The notes beneath the pieces are model-generated. The model ran no database searches. It was not told where the DNA came from and saw only the letters and a list, made by a program, of their open reading frames with translations. A DNA stretch of 64,000 nt from Oikopleura dioica. Its lineage: Eukaryota; Animalia; Chordata. The stretch lies in contig OU015568.1 in the NCBI GenBank assembly GCA_907165135.1, positions 12,834,001 to 12,898,000 of the forward strand, written 5' to 3'. The stretch's first letter is position 1. Every line of letters begins with the position of its first letter. Positions 12,273 through 22,822 of this stretch are shown piece by piece. Both the position numbers and the translations under genes were made by a program.

Positions 12273-15208
12273 ATGAAGCTCTTCGTACTCGCTGCAGGTT
12301 CTGGGGCCCTTGCCCTTCAGCGAACTCGACACCCTAAGGCGAACAAAGCTTGTTCTTCTATCGATGAAGAGTATGCTTGCTACACCGATTGTAACACAAG
12401 AGTAAGACCAAGACGAATTACAAGAGATGCATTTATTAAATTTTCTAGTACGATGGTTGCGTCTCACAGTGCAATGTCGATGACAGCCAGTGCGTTCGCG
12501 ACTGCATCCTAACATTCTCCGAATGTGAATCAAACTGCCCTTGCAGAGAAGGATGCGAGGAAGGCTGCCCATGTGTTAACAACCCAATCGCAAATACTTA
12601 CTGTTCCCTTTGTGAAACGGAAGAGTGTCTTTCCTTCGTTGACATTGTCCTCGGAAAGATGGATCTTGATGCGGATCCATGTGAGGATTTCAACCAGTAC
12701 GCCTGCGGAGGCTGGGAAGCTACCGCCGAAATTCCAGATGATGCTGGCAGCTTCTCCCAGTTCTCTGTCGTCAGAAAAGCTCTCTCTGCTACTTTGAACA
12801 GAACCCTCTCTGACCCTTCAGTCGAAGGACATCATGGATGGGAATCAGTCGTCAAGGCCAAGAACCTTTTCAGCATCTGCATGGATGAGGAAACTCTCGA
12901 TGCTCAATCCACTTCTGATCTCGCTGATACAATCACCATTTCCTGGCCAACACAAGGAATTCTCGATGAGGAGAAAAATGTCCAGCATTCTATTACTACT
13001 GCCTCCGCAAAATATGGTGTTTCCGCAATTTTCATCGCTGACCAAGACTTGGATGCTGATGACTCGAACGAGTGGATCGTTACTCTCGGCCATCCTGGAC
13101 TCGGAATGAGCCAGACTTACTACACAACAACCGTTGACGCTGACCGTGAACGATACCGAGAAGCTTACATCAGTAAGTTTTGAAAATTCAAAGTGTGTTT
13201 TTATAAATTGATTGGATTCAATCAACGTTAAACTAACCCATCAGGCCCGTTGAAGTCATCATAACGCAATTTTTTAAGAATACATCACGGACTACTCACT
13301 CAAGTACCGCGAATTGCTTTCCACTTCAGCAACTGAAGAGTCCATCCGCTCGATGGCGGAGAAAATTTACAACTTCGAATCCAACATCGCCAAATACATG
13401 TGGAGCCCGACCGAGGGGCGTGACCCAGGTGAGTTTGAGTTACAATAATTTTCCTTCGCCGGTAACATTGAAATTCATTACTGACTAAATATTAGCAAAT
13501 TATCAGCGAAAGAAAGTCGTTGGCGAGATTCCCGGAAACGAGATTGTTGGCAATTGGGATCAGTTTGTCAATGAAATCATCAGCAAAGTGAACGTTGACT
13601 ACTCCATCGATGCTGAGACAATTGTCAACCTTTCTGATGAGAAGTGGTTCAACAACACGAACATTGCTATCGATGAAGCTGAAATGGGCAACGATGATCT
13701 CCTCGTATGATTGACCCCTATATGAAACCATACTAACATAATAATTTGTATAAAACATTAATCATCTAAAATTTATCTTCAATTCAGGATTACGTCGCCT
13801 GGCGAGTTCACAGCAACTACATCGGCTATTTGGGATCAGAGTGGCGTGCAATCTACGATGAGTTCACTGCTACTATTTCTGGCTCAACTCCTAAGCCACG
13901 ATGGCAGACTTGCTCGGACGCTGCTAACAGCGTTATGGAATGGGCTGTTGGAAAACTGTACATCGAAGAAGACTTCCAGGTTGATTGAAAAACACAATAT
14001 TTATATCTATTCGAATATTAGGGAGAATCTAAAGAAATCATGACTGGTCTCGTCGACAACCTGTTCAGCTCCTTCCGTGAAGATATCCTATCTGACGCCG
14101 ACTGGATGAGCTCTGAGACAAAAGTCCAGGCACTCGACAAACTTGAAAAAATCACTACTAACATCGCTTTCCCGGACTGGATTAACGAGGAAGACGCTGT
14201 CAACGAAAAGTACGCTACTCTTGAGGTCAGCGACTCATACATTGGAACCCGGCGTTCTGGTAAAGAGTGGCAGCAGCGTGAATGGTGGACTCTTCTCAAT
14301 GGCCCCGTTGACAAAGGTAAGATGAAGTTATGCTGATAATTCTAACAAGAGACCAAAGGCATGTGGCTCACTGGTCCCGCTATCGTCAACGCTTTCTACT
14401 CATCATCCTTCAACTCGATAACCTTCCCAGCTGGCATCCTTCAACCACCCTTCTTCAGCAAAGATATGACTACGGCCATGAACTTCGGCGGTATTGGCGT
14501 CGTTATCGGACACGAAATCACTCACGGCTTTGATGACCAAGGTAATTTTAAACTAATTGCTCTTCGAACGTTCAGAAGTCATCACGAGACAGACTAAATA
14601 TAAAATAATTCGTGTCTAAATTTCGTAGTATTTCGCAATGCCTCTCACATGAGAAAAGTTTCATCAGTAAATACCTTCACTATTCAGGATCAAAATACGA
14701 CGGCGACGGAAACTACAAGAACTGGTGGACGCCAATTGACAGGGATAACTTTGATGAGCGAGTGCAGTGCGTTAAAGATGAATACTCTGGATTCTACTTC
14801 GAGGAAGCCGACAAGAACCTCAACGGCGATCTCACTGCTGGCGAAAATACAGCTGATAATGGTGGTCTTTGGGAAGCGCGATATGGATACGACTGGTATT
14901 TGAAAGAAACCTCTGACATCTACGTCCCTGGTCTCTCAGATAAATTCACCCCTGATCAGCTTTTTTATATCGGATACGCTCAGATCTGGTGCGCCAAGTA
15001 CAAGGTAAACTTGAAATACTTCAAGCTCATTTTCAATAAAATCTTGTAGGAAGACTATGCCAAATGGATGGTTGACAATGATCCTCACTCCCCCGGTCGA
15101 TTCCGAACCAACGGCGCTATCCAAAACGGTGGCCGCTTCTTCGCTAATGCTTTTGGATGCAAGAAGGGAACACCGATGAATCCCGAGAACCAGTGCCGAG
15201 TTTGGTAA
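12273..15208 (+). CDS. M13 neprilysin/ECE-like metallopeptidase, secreted form with an N-terminal Cys-rich module
   Basis: [51 protein letters not shown] (HExxH), [17 protein letters not shown]-terminal CRVW*. Confidence 0.95.
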
Positions 15209-15368
15209 ACAGCAACTGTTCCCGTTAGCTTACTCCTTAGGCTTTGATTTTGCAACACTGTTCAAGTCCTATCATCTCTGTCGTTATTTATGAAATTTTT
15301 AAAATCGATAAATAAACCGTAAATATTCACATGCCTTTTCTTTATTAGACTAACAACTTTCTCACATT

Positions 15369-16320
15369 TCAATTGAACATAGGAAGATCTCCATAAAATC
15401 GACGTTTCACAGGGCTGTCGTAGAAATTGGTTTCCGAGGGAGGACCAATGCGTTTTGAGGGGTCTTTGAGGATTTCGTTGGCGTAGGGCAAAAATATGGA
15501 GGGGGTCAAATCGGATCGCTTGTGAGCAAGAAAATGTTGCCAAATATCGTCATCAAGCATATTATTGTAAAGCCTGTTCCTAAAATAGCAAGTTTAGGTA
15601 CCTTTGGAATTTCTGGGGGGTACTGAATTGTGCCGCCCTGCGCCGCCTTGCGCCGCCCTGCGCCGCCCTGCGCCGCCCAGCGCCGCCCAGCGTCGCCCGG
15701 TCCGAAACCATCCGGCTCTCATTCGACCCAACTATGACCTAGGAAACTGTTCTGAACAAGAGCGAGAGTTGGGCCCCGCCAACCCAATGAGTTCTCTACC
15801 AGAAAATGCGCGCGTAAGGGCCTCTGGCCCGTCGCGTGCTCAATTTATTTGTGATTTTATGCCAAATTCTGAGTTTGATTGCGAATTACCATGGACTCTA
15901 CTGGCACCCAAAATTATAGGATGGCTTTTTTTTTAATTTTCAGACAATTCAAATATGTCAGAATAACTAATTTTATATGAAAATCTAAATTACCCGCTTT
16001 TGAAAGACAAAATATCTTCGGATCCGGCGAGACTGGGCGACGCTGGGCGGCGCAGGGCGGCGCAGGGCGGCACAATTCAGTGTCTCCCGAATTTCTTATC
16101 TTACGCGTCGGAAATTTGAAGAAAAAAAGCGACATATTTGAAGATCTGCATTCTCGAGTATATTTCTACTTTTTTCAGATTTTCTGTTCTTTTATGTCCC
16201 TATTGATGGTAAATTTTTCATCGAGCATGTATTTTGCAGCTTCAGCTAGGGAAAACACGTGCAAACGCTGTTTCGAAAAAGTCAATTGGGTCCAAACTGA
16301 TGTATCGCTGAATGATTGAA
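15369..16320 (-). CDS. possible small gene split by the MITE at 15621-16082
   Basis: Two coding-like open stretches (about 16170-16320 and 15369-15560, LDDDIWQHFLAHKRS...FYGDLPMFN*) flank the element; no recognisable homology. Confidence 0.25.
15621..16082. mobile_element. non-autonomous TIR element (MITE) with subterminal GCGCCGCCCT decamer arrays
   Basis: Left actgaattgtgccgccctgcgccgcc...cagcgtcgccc is the reverse complement of right gggcgacgctgggcggcgcagggcggcacaattcagt; no coding capacity; TSD not clear. Confidence 0.75.
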
Positions 16321-16533
16321 AGATGGAAGAATCAACATAATGCACTTGATTTCAATTTCCTTCAATTCTAAAAAGCTTGTTAGCAGATCAAAATTTCAGC
16401 ATGTAACAGCATGAACTCCCGAATCAAAGGTCGAAAGCGACTGCTCTAAACTTTGCTTACCAATAATTTTTCCGATCGAATATTCTTTGCAAGAACACAC
16501 GCGTATACGCAAGAATCTTGCGGCAAGATAAAA

Positions 16534-19500
16534 ATGAGAGGAACTATCGCATCGTTGCTTCTTGGCAGCTTGGAATCTGCTGTCCCGGCTGAGCTTTCTT
16601 CAAGAGTATGCCCGGATCCAGATTACTTGGACCAGTGCATTTCCGAATATCGAACGATCTACAACCGATGCCGATTCTTGTGCGAGACTGAAGAGTGCAA
16701 CCAGCAGTGTGCTGTTGACTATGAAGGTTTGAGAACAAATATTTTAAAAGATAAGTAAAAAATCATTTAAAGAAAATCTAAAATTCTGTCCTTGCAATGA
16801 ATATTGCCCCAACGGTTGCAAGGGGTGCGATTATTACCAGAAATGTCCCCGACCCGATATTGGTCCTCACTTCATGGTGGTCGGCGATCGCTGGAACGTC
16901 CGTACTGCTTACATCATGAATATCAAAGGAAAGTGGTAGCCACTCTGTTGAAAACAGCATGTTCTATCAAGTACGAGAAACTAGAAAATACCACGAGAAC
17001 AGGCGAGCGAGATGAAAAGTGTGTAAGCTCACCTCCTGGCAATGGAGCACGCGGTTTCATAGGAGCTGACCGTATTGACAAGAGAGCAAGATGGGCAAGG
17101 GTTAGGTGCTAAATCAGGCTAAGCCGGATCGAACAGGAGTTGCGCCAGGGTGCTGTTTGTTCATTTGAAATCAAAATGCAAGTTGATACTTTCAAGGAAG
17201 TCTTCATATCGTAGTATGGATAAATATTTCGGCACAAGCGGCCAAAAAAATTCACATTGAGGGGATAAAATAACGTACCCCCCCCCCTAGCTCGCTCACA
17301 TTTTGTGAACATTTTTCCCTTTTTCGCTTAGTTAAACTCCAACAAGACCCCCCTTGGTCGCTCGCTTTTTGTTACCAAGATCCGTTGGTCGCTTTCCTTC
17401 TTTTGCATTCTACGACCCCTTGTTCGCCCTCCTTGGTTTCGACGGCGCACCTTTGCTCGCCCGCCTTTCTCCGTCATTTATCCCTTGTTCGCTCCTGAAG
17501 CCCCGCGAGAACGCTTTATAACGCGTTGCTCACTTTCTTTTTCACTTTTAAAAGGCTTTTTAACTCGTAGAATGGTCTCAAAATTCGATTTTCATGATTT
17601 TTTCCAAGCAAACTTATTTTTTTATGCTCTTTCACGTCCATTTTGTCAAATTTTCATATCTTCTTAATAAGAAGAAATTTGGACACTCCATTTTAAGTAA
17701 ACATAAGTACTCGAAATACATGGATTGAAACTTTGAGACTGTTTTTATAAAAAAATCAAATGCCATTTTCCTCGAGAGTTGCAAATTTTGATTAATTTTT
17801 CCGAGCTGAGCTGAGCTGAGCTGACCTGCGAAAAAATTTCTCTGAGCTGAGCTGAGCTGAGCTGGCCTACTTCGGAGGTTTCTGAGCTGAGCTGAGCAGA
17901 CCTTTTGTTTAAGAGAGTTGAGCTGAGCTGAGCTGAGCGGACCCTAATTAGAGCTGAGCTGAGCTGTTTTTTACTGTTTTTCGGTAGTAAAATTGTATTC
18001 AAATCATTGAGCTGAGCTGAGCTTAGCTAAGTGATAATCGTCTGAGCTGAGCTGAGCTGAGCTGAGCAGAACAGATCATGTTCGAAAATAATGGAGCTGA
18101 GCTGAGCTGAGCTGAGTGAAAATTGTCTGAGCTGAGCTGAGCAGATCAGATCATTTTCCAAAATCACTGAGCTGAGCGACTGCTCAGCTCACTCAGCTCA
18201 GCAAATTTGCAACTCTGGAACCAGTGTCAACATGAAGATTCGACTATTTTGAGTATAAATGTACATATAAAGTCAAACTATCAAGTTTACGGCATAATAC
18301 CGCGTTGCTACAAGATACAAAAATTTAACTGGACGCTTAAAAAAGAGGAAATGAAGTTTAGTTACTGTCAAAATATTCATGAAAATGAAAATTTAGTTCC
18401 CTATGAAAAGCTTGAGTCGAAAGTTCAGTAAGAGCTGTAAGAGCGACCCAAGCCGAGCTAGGCTTTGGCGGTCTCGCGGCGAACAAGGGATAAATGGGTG
18501 AGGAGGAGCGAACAAGGGCGCGCGAGGTAAAAGAAGGATGGCGACTAATGGAGCGCGCTGAAACAAGAATGAGAGCGAGCAAGGGGACTTTGATAAAATT
18601 TAACTAAGCGAGCAAGGGAAAAATGCTCACAAAATGTGAGCGAGCTAGGGGGTACGTTATATCAGCAGGCTTCTGAAAGAATTACGCAAATTAGCTTCGG
18701 TAGTGCTGGATCGGCACGAGCCGATATAAAAATCATAATATCGCCGTCTTTAGAGCAATAAAGTTTGGGTTCGCCTTTTCAATATCATCATTTTCTATAA
18801 TTGGATTGCATGATTTCTAGGAAATTTACATTACAAATTTTCGAGATATTTTGATCAGATAACTCCTTTCTGGCTCCTCTTAATTTATCCTTGCTATTTA
18901 TCTCAATTTAAACGACCTTAATTCAGAGTGTTGAAAATTTGGTGGTGTCTCAACTCTGTTTAGTGCCGAACCCAGTCTGAAAGTCTCAACTTGCATTTTT
19001 ATTCCGAATGAACGAACAGCACTCTGGCGCAACTCCCTTTTGATCCGCCAGTTTTGATCCGCCGGATTTAGCACCTTACTCGTGCCCATATTGCTCTCTG
19101 GTCAATACGGTCCACCCCGTTTCATAGAAGGCGCAGGATTTGCGGTTCTCAACGGCCAAGGATATCTTTTCGGAGGCAACACCGACTACCAGAAAATTGC
19201 AACTCTTGATGGCTGCACTTTCAACCCAACTCCTTATCGCCTTCTCAGTAAATTTGAGAGTACTTATGGGCCATAAGTTATGGCTCCTTGCTTACGATCA
19301 ATAACAAAGGTTTGCGAAAGTTATGTATGCTGATGTAATAATTCTTAGTCTTGCTTTGTTTCGGTGACTTTGAGAATCTTGATAGCTGTGAAGAGTTTGA
19401 CGGAAGCACGAGCACTTCTTTGGACTACAAAACCGTCGAAGACCATCGATATGCCTGTCTCGGTGAATATGATGGTCTTGCTGTGACGATTGGCGGTTAT

Positions 19501-20052
19501 GGTGGTGCACCCGGTGCTCAGAGAAGTGTTGAGATCTTAGGATCAATTGGATGGTACTCTTCCACTAGTCACCCTCAGTAAATGCAGTTTATAAAACATT
19601 ATCTTTGACAAAAAAATCCAGAAATATGAACGATCACGTCTGTGTCACTCTCGAAGACAGGATTCTGACAATCGGCGGCCTTCAAGACATGCAATATGGA
19701 ACAAATATCTACTCTTTCAAGGACTATGCTTGGTCGAAGCAAAGGAATGATAAACTTTTGACTGTAAGTATTTCAGAAATTTCATAGAAATAAGTGAACT
19801 TAGACAACTGGCCAACCATCGGCGATCTTAATGGAAGGTGGCGTTATTTTTTCCGTCAGCGGCTGGTCATCGTAAGAAAAGAGCTTATTACAAATTTTCT
19901 CAGTTTTTAGCCCATTTTCTGTGGAAAGAATTCTCTGGGACGATGGCAAAGTTATCAAGAACGAAAATGTCTATAACAATACAGCTGCTCTCTTCGCCCC
20001 AATCCTTTTTCCGATTGATTACGAGACCTGCCCATCTCAACCCTGCTACTAA
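16534..20052 (+). CDS. secreted Cys-rich + Kelch-like beta-propeller protein with a 2.1-kb TE-filled intron
   Basis: MRGTIASLLLGSLES signal, Cys module (CPCNEYCPNGCKGC), phase-2 intron 16933-19071, then Kelch-like blades (GYLFGG, AVTIGGY, RILTIGG); ends PILFPIDYETCPSQPCY*. Confidence 0.72.
17273..18657. mobile_element. middle nested TIR element, TA-flanked
   Basis: About 65-bp TIR acgtacc(c)nctagctcgctcacattttgtga.catttttccctt..tcgcttagttaaa plus subterminal cccttgttcgc repeats; TA at 17271-17272 and 18658-18659. Confidence 0.78.
17775..18216. mobile_element. inner nested element made of (GAGCT)n arrays with a 14-bp terminal inverted repeat
   Basis: agagttgcaaattt at 17775 and aaatttgcaactct ending 18216; many interrupted GAGCT pentamer runs, inverted near the right end. 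Confidence 0.65.
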
Positions 20053-20121
20053 ATAACTAAGCGTTTGATATAATACATGATTTTATTTGAATCAACATGA
20101 ATTGAGAGTTTGCATAAAATA

Positions 20122-20498
20122 GGTGGTGGTCTAAACTTTGAAGTTCATATGTGCGATAACAACTTCGGGTGGCCTAAACTTTGATCGTTCTCATGTGTGA
20201 TTCTTTGAGAAAGTGGCCTAAACTTTGAATTTCCCCGGAGGCGCTTCTGCCATCGGTGACTAGAGCACTGCCCTACGCTTTATGCAGACCAATTAGGATT
20301 ACGCTGCATTCAAGGTGATGACACACATGGAACTAGTCAGAGTGCCTCAGGGGAAATTCAAAGTTTAGACCACTTTCACACATAGGAAGAATCAAAGTTT
20401 AGGCCACTTTCTCAAGGAATCACACGTGAGAACGATCAAAGTTTAGGCCACCAGAAATTCTTATCGCACATAAGAACTTCAAAGTTTAGACCACCACC
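20122..20498. mobile_element. TA-flanked foldback MITE with modular TIRs
   Basis: About 120-bp TIRs ggtggtggtctaaactttga... built from repeated gg(t/c)ctaaactttga units (3 left, 4 right); TA at 20120-20121 and 20499-20500. Confidence 0.85.
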
Positions 20499-20735
20499 TA
20501 TTTTATTTATAGGAACGGTGGAACGTTTGCGTCCCTGGAATGTAGAAATTTTTCGTTCTTTCCAGTTTCCCATGAATATAATGAGGAACACTTGAGAACT
20601 GTTTGAAGCAGAGAGAGGGACAGAAATGGTTGTTTGTATTTAGAGACGAGCTAGAACCTTTTTATAGGCTTTCTGTATCAGTGGTGCTTTGATTAGTTTT
20701 GGAAATCTTTTTCTGAGTATAAATCGAGAGAATTT

Positions 20736-21719
20736 CTAAAACTTTCCTGAAGGTCTTTTCGAAGGATCCTTTTTCAAGCAAGCTTGATGGATAGGCTTAA
20801 CGTATTTTGTCATTACAGGCTCGTGTTCAGATATCCCTTACCGTTAGTAAATCCATGATATCATTGTGTCCTTCTACATCCCCCAGGATGTACGCTGTTA
20901 TCGCAGGCACTTTGTAAATATCGATTTTCTCGTTAAGAACTGGCATGTCGCGGATGTTACGGTGCGATTTGGAGGGGCGTTGCTCGGGAGCGAGAAAATT
21001 TTCGCCCAAAATGTCCGGTCTATTGAACAAGAAATCGGCGTGACCACAAATACGGCCTTCCATCTTTCCGTTCTCAACTAATCGGAGGTCGTCTAGATCG
21101 TTGACGACAAAATCGTTGTCGGAAGTGACCAAGTACTGTTTTACCGTCCCTTTGACCATGTTCGTGTCGCACATAACGCGAGTTCCAGCAGGACTGTCGT
21201 GAAGAAAAGCTAAAATTTCCAAGTACCTGTGAGCAAGCTCGAATCGCTCGCGAAGATTGAGGTCTTTGTAAACCGCCGAGGATTCAACAAAATCACCAAG
21301 GGTTCCTTGTTCGTGGAACTCGGTGAGGATAGCATCTTCGCACTGCCCTACGTATTTGACCACATGTCTCGATTGTAACTTCTTCAGCATCTCGACGTTG
21401 TGGTGAAAGTCGTCGATTCTGTCTGGAAAATCTATGTTCGGGATCGAGTAGGCCAGGCTATGACCTTTCCATTTAGCATGTAAGATGATTTTTGACATGC
21501 CGGAGTTTATTTTTCGCCGGACTCTGAAGACCCAACGGTTAATTCAGTTCTGCGACCGGAACAAATTCTATTTTTGGCTCTTTTTTTTACTCACTTGATA
21601 TCGTTGAAGTCTTCACAAGTCAAATATGGCCTACATTCTTTCATCCCTGTCAGTTGGAATTCTCCATCAGGACAAGCATTTGCTAGTTTTCCCAGAAGCA
21701 GAATTTCGGAGATCTTCAT
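20736..21719 (-). CDS. POMK: protein O-mannose kinase (SGK196)
   Basis: CPDGEFQLTGMKECRPYLTCED; ILTEFHEQGTL; FLHDSPAGTRVMCDTN...QYLVTSD..VVNDLD; FLAPEQ; EKIDIYKVP; IHQACLKKDPSKRPS. These match recalled POMK motifs. Confidence 0.9.
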
Positions 21720-22822
21720 TGTTGATATTTAGCCTTTGTCTCTTTTTTATTTCTTTTTATCAGCGGTATCTCTGATGTGCCTTCTCTTCCGCTTTTTTTT
21801 TGCTCAACAGTTCGGGAATATAGAAACTTCAACGTTCCTTCCCGATATTTTCTCAAAATAAATCCTCAGTTAAATTCCGCCAAAAGTAAGAGTGTTCCTT
21901 TTTACTATAACCAGGGCACCTTCTAAACAGAACGTGGGTGCGCGTGAGCTCCACCACGATTGGAGCTTGGTGCAGCTAGAATCACTTAGACAACGCCCGT
22001 GATCGTAATCGAGACAGTCAGGCGTTTTGATCTGGCAAATCCATCAATGAAATTTTATCATATTGAGACACATATCGAAAGTTTCGAAACTTTTGATTTT
22101 AACGTAAATATGCAATTGCGGTCTAAATTGTTGAATGATTATTTGATCAATACTTTGAAATTAGTTTTCTGTTTGATACTAGAAAAACTTTTTCCAACTA
22201 AGAATCAAGACTTATTAATAATTAGTAATTATTTACATTTTATTGATTCGAAGTTAGCTAGTTGTTTCCGCTAAATAAAGTTAGACAACATCCACGTTTC
22301 TGTCAGCTTTAAATTAAAGGTTAGCCAAGAGAGAAATTAGATGGAACCGGGGTCCAAACAAAATGTCACCTTTCATTCAGCCGTTATACATTGCACGTTA
22401 TCGCAGGTTATTGAAATGACCGAAGGGCATACGACTTTCTTTTTATCAAAGGATTTGGCCATTTTCTCAAATTTTGAGGGTCAAATTAATAAAGATAAAT
22501 TGGCGTTTATTTATGTTTATCAAGTTCATCAAAGACAAGGGTTTGAAAATTAAGAAAGCTGATTTTCGACAATAAGAAGTACTTGCTAAAACGGGGAACA
22601 CCCATTTGAAGAAAGAGATTATAGAGCAAGATGTGACTCTACTCGCTCAAAGGCTAAGAATAAAAAAGCGCATACGATTTACAAGCGTACCTTTGATAGT
22701 GCCCGGGGCTCCTGGTGCCCTTTACCAACCGGGATTACGAACACAAGGAAAACGCTAAGGGCACATTCTACGGCAATCATAATCATAACTTCGTCCAATT
22801 TCAACAAGAGGAAAAATAGAGA

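Larger units (their letters stand above)
17105..19075. mobile_element. outer nested TIR element, PIF/Harbinger (Tourist)-like
   Basis: About 90-bp imperfect TIRs starting ggtgctaaatc and sharing ggagttgcgccag.gtgctgtt.gttcatt...aaaatgcaagttga.actttca; TTA direct repeats at 17102-17104 and 19076-19078. Confidence 0.72.

Noticed and set aside
15604-16135. ORFs with RPAPPCAA repeats
   Set aside because: Translations of the MITE decamer arrays.
17790-18200. (GAGCT)n arrays resembling immunoglobulin switch-mu repeats or a CRISPR array
   Set aside because: Irregular pentamer runs inside a TIR-bounded element; no constant repeat-spacer structure, no cas or Ig locus; eukaryotic invertebrate context.
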